Shown piece by piece: positions 1 to 11,059 of a stretch of 64,000 bases of DNA. How positions within the stretch are numbered: position 1 is the stretch's first letter; the number at the start of each line of letters is the position of its first letter. The position numbers were made by a program, and so were the translations under genes. The DNA is from the human T2T-CHM13v2.0 reference genome, Homo sapiens. Location: the NCBI RefSeq assembly GCF_009914755.1, contig NC_060928.1; one strand, written 5' to 3'. The notes beneath the pieces were generated by a model that worked only from the letters and a program-made list of their open reading frames with translations, had not been told where the DNA came from and did not search any database.

Positions 1-166
1 GATAGTGCATGTGTTCTGTAAGATGGGAACCATCAGTGCCCTGAATATATTGAAGGGTCATTTCCTGAACCCAGATATGCTCCATTCTCTCAGTTTCTTT
101 AGTTGTATAGAAAAAAACAAGTTTGGATGAGATCACTTCAGACAGTACATAAAATGGCTATTTCTG

Positions 167-313
167 GTTTTGTTTTTGTTTGTTTGTTTTTGTTTTGTTT
201 TTATTTTGTTTTGTTTTTGAGATGGAGTCTTGCTCTGTCGCCCGGGCTGGAGTGCAGTGGCCTGATCTTGGCTCACTGCAAGCTCCGCCTCCCAGGTTCA
301 CACCATTCTCCTG
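167..313 (-). mobile_element. 5'-truncated AluY-type SINE (3' part of right arm plus degenerate (CAAAA)n-like tail) with 16-bp TSD
   Basis: gagatggagtcttgctctgtcgcccgggctggagtgcagtgg...caagctccgcctcccaggttcacaccattctcctg; perfect direct repeat aaaatggctatttctg at 151-166 and 314-329. Confidence 0.93.
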
Positions 314-539
314 AAAATGGCTATTTCTGAAAAACACATAAGGAAGGTGAATTGCTGAGAGAAGAACTAGAATGAAGAATAAGAGCAGTGGGGAGGTGTA
401 TAGTAAGTGGTGCAATTAATGCTTTTTATATTCAATATGTAATTATAGCAGAGATACAATGATTCTTAAGAGAGAAATGGCTGAATCTACTCACAAAAAT
501 GGCAACTTACTCGGAAGGTTTTAGAGTCAAGTTTCAGGA

Positions 540-1090
540 AATAAGATAAGAACTATTCCACACTTACACAAACTGTTCCAGAGAACTTGGAAACAGATGA
601 TTCACTTGAACTTATTTTATGAAGCTGAGATAATCTTGGTATCAAACCAAGCCAAGACAGATGATAAATGAAAATTATACAACAATTCAAGTTATGGACA
701 TAGTTGTAAAAATTTTAAACAAAATATTAACAAATTGATTCCAGTAATATATGAAAGATTCAGGACTCATTTGGGTGTATGCCAGGAATGCTGGTATAGT
801 TTAATATTTAAAAATCTTTTAAAGTAATTATCTTCATTAGTCCATTAAAGGAGAAGAACCATAAAATCACTTCAATAGATTCAAGAAAACATTTGCTAAA
901 TTAATTTTTTAATATAGAGAAAACCTAAAACATTTAGGCAAAAAACATATAGGCAAGCATTTTAATAATCCTGGATTATAAATACATACAACATAATGAA
1001 CTCTACATAAAAGACACCTTAAAAAGTGAAACAAAAGACCATAAACTGTAAGAATATATTTTCAATGTGTGTAACCAACAAAGAACTAAG
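540..1090 (+). mobile_element. Old L1M-type LINE-1 ORF2 (RT-region) fragment
   Basis: Degenerate match to L1 ORF2 nucleotide pattern (ttttatgaagctgagataatcttggtatcaaacc; aaaattttaaacaaaatattaacaaattgattccag); boundaries approximate. Confidence 0.7.
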
Positions 1091-1184
1091 GTCATCAGTT
1101 TACATAAATCCTGGACCATACCTCTGTTTTAGTACTAACACACAAATGTATAGATTTGCTTTTTTGTTTGTTTATTTTTAGGAG

Positions 1185-1290
1185 ATGATGAGCTCCTGGG
1201 CAAGACTGAGGTTTGTGTCATTTTGCATCCCCAGCACCGAGAAGAGTACCTGGCACTTATTGGTGCGCAGACAATGTTTACTGCATGATT
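1185..1290 (+). mobile_element. L2 LINE 3'-end fragment
   Basis: tgagctcctgggcaagactgag...catccccagcacc...tacctggcacttattggtgc...aatgttta resembles the L2 3' terminus. Confidence 0.6.
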
Positions 1291-1442
1291 AGAAGGTTTA
1301 ACTGGAAAAACCTACTAACCTCTGGTATGAGTGGTCCACCATGTACAAGATAATGTGCTGAGTCAACTTCAGTAGTTTATAAATGGTTAACCATTCACAT
1401 CATTCAGGGCTTTAGGTTGAAACAATACAAACACCACGAGAC

Positions 1443-1822
1443 AGTTTAGGATGATATGACAAAATGCTATTGATTGAATGGCTTAAACAACAGACACTTA
1501 TTTCTCACAGTTCTGGAGACTGAGAAGTCCAGAACAAAGTACCAGCAGATCTGGTGTCTGGTGAAGATCCACTTCCTGAAGGTTTCCAGATGGACATCTT
1601 CTCCTTGTCTCCTCATATGACTAAGAGCAGAGAAAGAGGAAGCAATTTCTTTATAATTCTCCTTACAAGGGCATTAATCCCATTTATAAGGACTCCACCT
1701 GTATGATCTAATCATCTCCCAAAGGCCCTACCTTCTAATACCATCCCATTGAGCATTATGGTTTCAACATATAGGTATTTTTTTGAGTTGGAAGGGGACA
1801 TAATCATGCAATCCATACCACA
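1443..1822 (-). mobile_element. MaLR solo LTR, MLT1A-like
   Basis: ggcttaaacaacagacacttatttctcacagttctggagactgagaagtcc...ctaatcatctcccaaaggccctaccttctaataccatc. Confidence 0.85.
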
Positions 1823-4800
1823 ACCGAGTGAATGCTTCTTTAGGCAGAAAAAAAAAAAACCCTTACTGAAAAGATAGGGAGTGAGTCATAGATTTCCAGG
1901 AAGATTGGAGAATCAGGCTCAAAGGACAAAAATAAGGAGAGGCTCCTAAGCCAGAACCACTGCACAAATGAAGCTGCAGACTTAATCTAGTGAGGGCCTG
2001 AATGCTGTTGCCACTGCTTCCAACACTGTACATGAGATCTCCACTGTGCTGTGGGCCATCCCTGGTAGCTGATTCTCCTACTGCACCTCCTGCCCACAAG
2101 AACATAAAAGCCTCCATTCCTAGGTCGTTTCTGTCCCTAAGACCAGACACATTCCTTGGCTGGTAGGCAAGGTCACAGGCCTTTATATTTTAATGAGGGA
2201 TTGGAAAGTTAAATCTTGGCCTCTATCAACCTATAATTAGGGACACGCTTTGTCTGTATGTAGGCACAGCCTTCAGGTGCTTTGCCGTCCATGAAACATT
2301 ATATGTCTACAACATAGCCTTTCAGCTTTTGGACACTGAAACCCCTTTTTTTCTCGGTCTAAGAGCATAGTCTGAGTTCAGATGAAAGAAAGGGGTTCTC
2401 AGATTGCTCTTAAGAGTCAGACCTCAGCAACAACCATCTTAAAACTCCAAGCTTCTCAATTTGGGTGGGAATTCCTCCCAGGAATCATTTAGAAATGTGT
2501 TGTGAAGTCTGTTTTTTGTTATTCACTTTTAGACCTTACTATAATTTGATGTGGGGAGAAAGAGAAGTGAAACAACTCACAATACACACAACACTTTATG
2601 AAGCAAAGACTTGTCTTACCTCATGCACACATCTTCTGAACGCTTACCATCACCTTCCCTGGGGTGAAAGCCCTCACTGCATGGCTGCTGTCACACTCTA
2701 TGTGGGGGCCCAAAGCCAGGCTAAACAGTCCGTTGGGGAATTTCAGAACCAAACTTTGTTATTGCACTTGGCAAGGAGAAGGGAAAATAGCTTGATCTGG
2801 AAATATGTAGACCTGGATTATAGTCTATTGCATTTAAATTTATCTTGAATTGAGGGGACTATCTGAGACTGGGTCAGGCCCCAGGGCTACAGACTTCAGA
2901 AGACCACTGGCTCTCTACTGCTTACCTACTCCCATGACTTGGGGGTCAATTTCATCATCATTTGAACTTAATAGCATCTTCATTTATTTTATTTTCAGTG
3001 CTATTTCTGTGTGTGTGTTTGTGTGTGTATATTAACACAGTAACCTTTAGATATTATGTAGCTAGAAAGGTTTTATTCAATAAAGTTATTTTACATCCTA
3101 GGCTGACATGTACTTTACAACACTAATGGTCATTGTGTTTACAATTGTAACCCATTTTACTGACCATATTATTTGCTCTGAGTAAAAATATATATATATA
3201 TATAAACATACATATAAACCCTACTGAATAAGTATTATCTTTGATCTTAGAATTTAAGCTTTTTCACAATATCGTTTATGGAATTGTATAGTAACTAGAA
3301 TTCCTAGCTATAACTTCTAGCACTCTTTTCCCTATAGAAGGAATAAAAAAGTCATAATAAGAATAACTAATGCTTACATAGTGCTTGGTGGTTTATGAAC
3401 ATTTTCAAATCTTACATACCAATGAAGTAGGTATTACCAATGTGCAACTGCAGTTTATAGTGTTTGAATCATTTGAGCAGAGCAATGCAGCTTACACCAA
3501 TTGGAGTCAGGATGTCACACCAGGTCTTGAGCCTCCCAAACCTGTTCTCATCACTGCATGGCAATTGCTTTCATCAAATGTTATTTTGAAAATCCAGTAT
3601 CTTCTTCCTACAGTCATTGAGCATCTTTAAACTTGAGGAGGAGAAAACAAAATAAAAGTATCATACAATTAGATCAGAAAAATATGTTTTTCTTTTTACT
3701 GTTTACATGCAAATATTTGTTGGAGGACATCATCCAAAGTGAAAGGAGAAAAATGTTACTTGAAACCACAGTGGTAACAGATACAACATCATTAAAGGGC
3801 AGCTGTGGACACATAAATGTGTGGAGTAAGCATTCTCATTTGTTTGATGATTTCCTGAACTGGGGGCGATTTGATCAGCACATTGGAGGAAGGTGGAGGG
3901 AGATAACACAATTGCTGTAATGACCTAATTTTCCAATAAAAGGGTTTTCAGAATCCCAAAATAAAACATTGTGGTATATAATGAAAATAAATTGAGCTGC
4001 AGTGCTGATGAAAACAGTATCATTGGTGACGCTTTTCCATATCCAAGGGAAAACTTGGAGATTTATTGCTTGTATCGGACCTAGTTCATATCACCAAAGT
4101 CTGATCTCTTCAATACATTTACCATATGTGTAAGCACTAATCTTTTTTTAAAAAAATAGAACTTCTATGGGTAAAACGTCAATATAAAAACAAAATGAAA
4201 TAACCGTATGATATGACTCATCACTTTGATAGTTTCTGTTTGTTGGTGTTAGTATTCAAGTGGTTATCAACAATTTTTGCATACAACAATTATTATACAT
4301 TTAATCCTGATAAAATTCAGTTAGGCGATTATATATATATAATATATGCACATATTCCTATGCAATTATTATTATTGTCACTTAAGCAAAGATAATAGAG
4401 ACTGGCAGCAGTTAATTGACTTGCCAAATATAACAAAGCTGGAATTCCACCCTGCTTCTCTGACCCCAAATCCTGAGTTCTTCAAAATTCTTGGTGCTGC
4501 CTGTTTTACAGCATATCAAGATTTCACTACAATACAAAGTAACCCAGTCAATGACCTTTCTCCTCAGTTTTCCTGTTCACACTAAATATGCCATAAATAT
4601 AGAGCCCCTTCCTGCCATATCCTCTAGTAACCTTAGTCATATTTCTTTGAGCCAATGACTTAACTAATTCTGTTTTCAGGGCTTAGCCATGGAATAAGTT
4701 TCATCCATGTGTCTGGTTCGTATTTCTGCTATTCATTTTTCCAAAATCACTAAGTGTCATCTTTCGTCCGTTCAAGTTTAGAGAAAAAAAAAAAAAAAAA

Positions 4801-5576
4801 AAAAGCAAGAATTTCACTTAGAGTGTGACCTAGAAGTAAATTATGTTTCTTAATGGGCAATAATCATGAAATAAATCTGATTTTTTAAAACTTAAGGTTT
4901 TGAGCCAATAGATCTTAGATTATATGCCTGCAGAGTACAGGAGCAAGTGGGTTGGCCATATAAATGTTTTGCAAATAGAGAGAAAAAGCTAAGTTAACTT
5001 TTTAGAATTATGTCAGTCATGAGGTATTTTTCCTTAATTTCTTTCTGATAATGTTAGCTACTCTCATGTGCAAACAGAAAAAAACCTGAATGCACATAGT
5101 AAGTAAGCAGACATCAACAACAGCTACAAAAACAAAAGCAGTGACAGTTTGGTTGAAAAGCTGTCTACTAACTACCTTCTCTCTAGTGCCCATCATAATA
5201 AGATGACTTTTATACACCATGTGGGCATCAAATCACATTTTCTGATAGTAAATACTTTCTTATTTTACATGATGAAATTAAATACATGATAAAACCATTA
5301 TATCACAGAATTCTATAAAGACACTCTGAATTCCAGGATTGTTATCACATAAATGGGTTTGTGATCCACTGAACTAGATATTAAATATCTCTTACAGTGG
5401 TGGTGGTTTATAAGTTTATAGTATGCAATATGCTTTTTGAAATCAGGACTTTCCTAGAAAATCAGTCAGATATGATCATCCTTGTATGTATAAATTGAGA
5501 ATGAAAATATAAAGATACCCAGAAGACTTTCATCATGACAAAACTTTATGGGGAGAAAAAAAAGTCTTGAGAAAGT

Positions 5577-5672
5577 TTATCCTCCTCCTCCTCTTCTCTC
5601 TTCTTCCTCGTCTCTCTCTCCCTTTTCTTCTCCCTGTCCCTCTCTCTCTCCTTCTCCTTGTTCTTCTTCTTT
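5577..5672. repeat. CT-rich low-complexity tract
   Basis: cctcctcctcctcttctctc...ttcttcttct; explains the Glu/Gly-rich tail of ORF 5577..5813. Confidence 0.9.
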
Positions 5673-6230
5673 GTGTAGGAGTCCGAAGCATTTAGCATCA
5701 TCACTGGGCATATAGTGGATGTTTACAGAAATGTATATAAACAATCTGCTGTTCAAGGGTGAGTTTTTCAGTCTGTATTCCATTTCAAGCCCTGTGCGAT
5801 TTGTCACTCTCATCTCAAATAGCTTTTTTTAATGTAGGGTAGTATATGAATGTTGGCTAAACATTAAGTGTAAGCGCACAGAGTTCAAGCACTTTGAGAG
5901 ATGCATCGTGTACAAGTATGGAAGAGAAAATGATAGAAATCATTAAGCATGATGGCTCTAAGAGTAGCAGACAGAGGATTCAGGCAAGTTGGAAGAGTGG
6001 GAGCTACGAGCAGAAAAGCCAGATTAAGGGTATCTTAATACCTAAGGTAAAGTATGATAAGCCATGTGAACAGAATCAGTGGAAGTCAGCTTGAACAAGC
6101 AAAAGGAAACTTAAATCAGTTTTAGATGGCAAAAGTAACAAACTTTCTGCCGGATAAAATAAGAGTCAGTCAATGGAAAAGGGTATTTTAGTATAACTTC
6201 ATAAAGAAGTCTTTACAAAAAAGTTTGTGT

Positions 6231-6492
6231 TGGGAGGCCAAGGTGGGCGGATCACGAGGTCAGGAGATTGAGACCATTCTAGCTAACACAGTGAAACCCC
6301 GTCACTACTAAAAATACAAAAAAATTAGCCGGGCATGGTGGCAGTGGGCGCCTGTAGTCACAGCTACTCAGGAGGCTGAGGCAGGAGAACGGTGTGAACC
6401 TGGGAGGCGGAGCTTGCAGTGAGCCGAGATCGCGCCACTGAACTCCAGCCTGGGCGACAGAGCGAGACTCCGTCTCAAAAAAAAAAAAAAAA
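6231..6492 (+). mobile_element. AluY-type SINE, 5'-truncated by about 40 nt
   Basis: tgggaggccaaggtgggcggatcacgaggtcaggagattgagacc...gcggagcttgcagtgagccgagatcgcgccactg...polyA; imperfect TSD aaaaa(g)tttgtg. Confidence 0.95.
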
Positions 6493-6772
6493 TTTGTGGA
6501 CAGAAGACCTGGGTTTGAGAACAGTGAATTTGAGGGGCTTGCGGGATACACAGGTAGATCTATCTAATCAGAAATGACTTTGTGCTAAGTAACTAGCAAT
6601 GATGGGGCTGTAGGGTCAATCCCTCCACTTGCCTTCTTCTCCCATCTGCTTTTCAAGTTAGGCTTTCTTAGATCAACCACGTTGCTGGAAAGATATATAA
6701 ATTCTTCCTTTCCAGCCCCAGACTGTGATGTGATCTTCAGCAATTAAACATGTTGTTAAGATCAGCTTAAAA

Positions 6773-6903
6773 AGAGTGGCTGCTGTCCTGTCCCCAGTTT
6801 TTTGGAGGCTATCCTGGTTTAAGAGGGTTGTCCCAGAGTAATTATTTACAGGACCCCTTTTCTCTCAAAAAAAAAAAAAAAAATGTCCTGGATTCATCAC
6901 CTT
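6773..6903 (-). mobile_element. MER94-like hAT MITE with internal A-run expansion
   Basis: atcctggtttaagagggttgtcccagagtaattatttacaggacccctttctctcaaaa...tgtcctggatt resembles the reverse of remembered MER94 consensus. Confidence 0.6.
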
Positions 6904-6914
6904 TGCCATTATTG

Positions 6915-6946
<32 letters not shown>
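6915..6946. repeat. (CAT)n trinucleotide microsatellite
   Basis: tcatcatcatcatc... about 10 units. Confidence 0.95.
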
Positions 6947-7014
6947 TTAGTCATATAGATGATGTTTACTTTGCATGATCTCTAACAGCTTTAAATAACA
7001 TTTGCTGCATTATC

Positions 7015-7170
7015 TGTTTCGATCCTCACAACATCTCAGTGGGCAGGTGGGGACGGAAGTTGACCCCATTTTAAAATAAGGACACCGATGTTTCAGTAAC
7101 TGCACAGTAGCACAACTTTTTGGTAAGGCAGCAGCGTGTGAATTAGTGTGTTTTGAGTAGAAAATTGTGA
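7015..7170 (-). mobile_element. MIR SINE remnant
   Basis: gatcctcacaacatctcagtgggcagg...ccccattttaaaataaggacaccgatg (MIR core-like). Confidence 0.55.
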
Positions 7171-8027
7171 GCTTTTTTCACTATACATTCATTTATTAAT
7201 TTGACACTCTCATCGCCTTTTGACTGGATAATCTCATGGGGTAAAAATCCAAAAACTCATGATCAGTGGGAAGTTATAGATGATGCGAGGCAAATTTTAA
7301 CAGGAACATTTTAAGAGACACACCCTTGGTTCACAAATTCACATTTGCATGCCAGATGTTTCCTTTTACCTGCCAAGCTCTTTTCCTCCTTATCGGCTTG
7401 AGGCTGAAGTCAGCAACTTTGCTTCACCTCTTCTGGCTGGGCAGGGTAATAGGAAATTTTTTTTAAAATGTATCCTCAGGAGGCATCATATTTAAAAGGA
7501 AATCCTTTGAAAGTGAACACATTTTTCTAGCAAAGAATCAAAACTTTGACCTGGCACTGAAAACTATTATCACACAAGTGAATATTTCCTTTTTGGTTTG
7601 CAGAACATAACTACTAACTTTTCTTCATTTAATTTTCACCAACTAAAATAGGGGTTAGTGACAGCAAGTATGAGGGAATCTAATGCTCTCCTGAGTCTTT
7701 CAGATGCTGAAATGCACATTTTCCCCATTACAACACCAGGTTCTCTAAGATGAAATTATGTTCTCAAATTGTATGAAATGGTTTAAGGGAAAATACATCT
7801 TGCTAGACCTGGAGAAGTCTTTGAGTTTCATTACAAGTTGAACTAGGAAACTCTGAGACCAACCCTTACCTCCGAAGAAGGAAAAGTTATTTGACCTTGA
7901 ACTAAATATTTCCTTTCACTGAGTCTCAGTTTCCTTACCAAGGACTCAACAGTAATTATCTGAGAACGACCAGATTGTAGGTATGTTGTTTGCTGGACAT
8001 ACCTACTTGGTTACAGAAGTATACCCA

Positions 8028-8168
8028 GCTCAGCCATTATAACCCATAAGCAGCCATAGGCCATACATAAGTGAATGAGGGTGGCCATAATCTAATAAAA
8101 CTTTATTTATAAAAACAGATGGCAGACTGGGTTTGGTCTTTGGACTACAGTTTGCCATTTGCCAACCG
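8028..8168 (-). mobile_element. MER58A hAT-Charlie MITE fragment
   Basis: gcagccataggccatacataagtgaatgagggtggcc...aataaaactttatttataaaaacagatggcagactgggtttgg...cagtttgcc. Confidence 0.8.
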
Positions 8169-8453
8169 TCTTTAAGGGGAAAATATCTACTGCACAAACT
8201 TGTTCTTAGAATGTTATTAACTAAAATACGTGAATCAAGATATATGAAGTAAATGATAGAAGGTCTGACGTTAAAAATGACAACTAATTTCTTACATTTT
8301 CTCTCAACATTTTTCTCCCAACTCACTCCATTGAGATCCCCTACAAAATGGCATGCATTGGCTGACATTTCATACCTGTAGCAATTCTTCCTTTGTTTCC
8401 TTGTTATTTTACTACTTTGGGAGGCAAAGTTAGAGAACTGAGAATATTAAGTT

Positions 8454-8539
8454 TTTAAAGCATGAAGCTTTGAACAAATTTGAGCTCTATTCAATATGTG
8501 TGTGTGTTTAAAGCATGAAGCTTTGAATTTGAGCTCTAT

Positions 8540-8588
<49 letters not shown>

Positions 8589-8590
8589 AA
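8454..8590. repeat. Tandem duplication of about 40 bp plus (TG)n microsatellite
   Basis: tttaaagcatgaagctttga(acaa)atttgagctctattcaat occurs at 8454 and 8507, each followed by (TG)n. Confidence 0.92.
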
Positions 8591-9689
8591 CATTTATTCC
8601 TTTTAAAATGGAACTTAAAACAGCCCTTTTAGTGAAATTCACAACACATAAAGAAGCCTGTGATTTAGGCCAAAGTTCCAGTTAACAGCTGTGGGTCTTT
8701 GTTTAACTGACAATAATAATGAGGAATCCGCCTCGCAGGCATTTATTATTTTAAGCTTGACCTCGTGTGCTTACATTTTATGTCCGTCCCTGCCAGCCTC
8801 TATGAGTGAGTCACTAGAACAGCCCCTTCATTTTTCTGAATCAGTGTATTGTCTTCAGAGCTTGCCTTCCTGACTTCAGTTTTTCAATTGCTTTCTTTTC
8901 AAATTATCTTACACACCTCTTTTTTCCCCCAAGTATCTTTAGAGTATTAATGCAAAAGACAGATTACTCAGAAACGCTAAAATATAGTAGATTGAAGTTA
9001 AAACACACTAAGTTTGCAGTCAACTGGTTCCAATTCTACGTCTGACTGTATTACTGATTACCTACATGTCCTTAAATGAAACACTTTGCCAGGATGACTC
9101 TTAGACTTCTCATCTATGAAATTGAGATGAAAATTGTTATTCTTCCTACCATCCTGCATTTCCTGTGTGAATAAAATGAACACTAGCTATGAACACAAAA
9201 CACTATTAAATTTCTCTTTTTTTCCCTGATTATAATTATTGCTAAAATAACCAAAAAAGCTATAATTTAAATAACACTTAGTGTGGACCTGGAAGTATAC
9301 GAATCATTGTGCATAAATTAACTTAGCTAAAATTCATAACTAATGTATCAGGTAAATATTTTTCCTCCCATCTTACAGAGGAAAAATCTACGAAGTCTAA
9401 TGGTGAAGTGATATGGCCAAGTCTCACTGTAACTAAATGAATTGGAGTTGAAACTCTGAAATATTAGACTCCAAAGTTCTTTATCTTAATCAAAATGAAA
9501 CTTAAACTGAACGTAAAACTTTACATTTTTAATTGACTCTTACAATATTTTAAAGTTTAAATTTAAAAATAATTATGTAAAAGATATGTTTTCTCTTTAA
9601 CATTTTTATTCTAAAAAATTAAATAAGCATAAACACATTATTTACAAAGAATTCTTTTCTCCTCTTGCAATCTTTTACATTTTATTGTT

Positions 9690-11055
9690 AGTTTTTATTG
9701 GATATTTACAAATAATATTTGAATATTAAGTACAAAGTGATGTATGATACATGTATACAATTTGGAAAGATTAAATCAAGCTAATTAACATACCTATTAC
9801 CTCAAATACTTATCATTTATTTTTCCTGTCTAACTGTTGTACCCTTGGACCAACAGCTCCTCATTTCCACTACTCTCTAGTCTCAAGTAACTATCATTCT
9901 GCTGTCTGCTTGTATGTGTTTGATTTTTTTATGTTCTACATGTAAGTGAGAATATGTGGTGTCTGTTTTTCTGTGTCTGGCTTATTTCACTTAGCATAAT
10001 GCCTTCCAAGTTCATCCATGTTGTCACAAATGACATAATTTCTCTCTTATTAAAGGCAGAATAGGATTCTGTTGTGTATATATATCATATTTTCTTTAAC
10101 CCTTCATTGGTTGATAGACATCATCATCTGGCTATCATGAATAATGCTGCAATAAATGTGGGAATGCAGGTATCTCTTCAATAAGCCAATTTCAAATTCT
10201 TTGCATATATACTCAGAAGCAGAATTGCTAGAACATAAGAGAACTCTACTTTTAGTGTTTTAAGGAACCTCTATACTGTTTTGCATTATGGTTGTACTAT
10301 CTTACATTCCCGCCAAACAGTGTACTAGGGTTTCCCCCTTCCTTCACATTCTTGCCAACACTTGTTATCGTTCAGCTTTTTGCTAGTAGCCATTCTGACA
10401 ATTGTGAGGTGTTAACTCCCTGTAGGTTTAATTTGCATCTTCCTAATATTTCGTGATATTGAGCATTTTTTTTTTTTTTTTACATTTCCATTGGCCATTT
10501 CCATATCTTTCTTTGAGAAATGTCTACTTAGGTATTTTCCCACTTTAAAAATCAGGTTATTTGTTTTTTTACTATTGAGTTGTTTGAGTTTCTAAGGTAT
10601 TTTGTATATTAACCTCTAATTAGATGTATGGCTTACGAATATTTTCTTCCATTCTCTAGGTTGCCTATTCACTCTGTTAATTGTTTACTTTGCCATGCAG
10701 ATGTTTTTTTAGTTTTAAGTAATCTTACTTTTAGGGCTCAATTCTAAAAAATCATTGCCAGACCAATATTGTATAGCTTTTTCCCTGTTCTCTTCTACTC
10801 GTTTTACAGTTTTATATCTTATGTTTAAGTTTTAATTCATTTTGAGTTGAATTTTGTATATGGTATCAGAAAAAGTTCAATTTCATTCTCTGTGTAAACA
10901 GCTAATTTTCCCAACATCCTTTTTTAAATAGATCATGTTTTTCTTATTATGTACTGTTGGCACCTTGGTCAAAAATCAATTGGTCATAAACTTATGGGTA
11001 CATTTTTGAGCTTTCTATTCTGTTCCATTGGTCAATGTGTCTATTTGCATGAAGC
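9690..11055 (-). mobile_element. L1MA-type LINE-1 3' UTR and ORF2 C-terminal part
   Basis: gattaaatcaagctaattaacatac...ctggcttatttcacttagcataatg...ttgagttgtttgagtt...ggcaccttggtcaaaaatcaattgg. Confidence 0.88.
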
Positions 11056-11059
11056 ATCC

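Noticed and set aside
1160-1216. Apparent 29-nt exon ag|GAGATGATGAGCTCCTGGGCAAGACTGAG|gtttgt reading DDELLGKTE (C2-domain-like)
   Set aside because: Overlaps the L2 3'-end remnant, which explains the sequence; the donor is weak and the peptide too short to be meaningful.
2915-2960. Minus-strand donor TAG|GTAAGC
   Set aside because: Lies in a MIR-like remnant whose consensus contains cttac; no matching acceptor found.
4783-4804. Orphan polyA run (also 27851-27871) as a processed pseudogene tail
   Set aside because: No upstream retrocopy body, polyA signal or TSD evident; simple mononucleotide runs.
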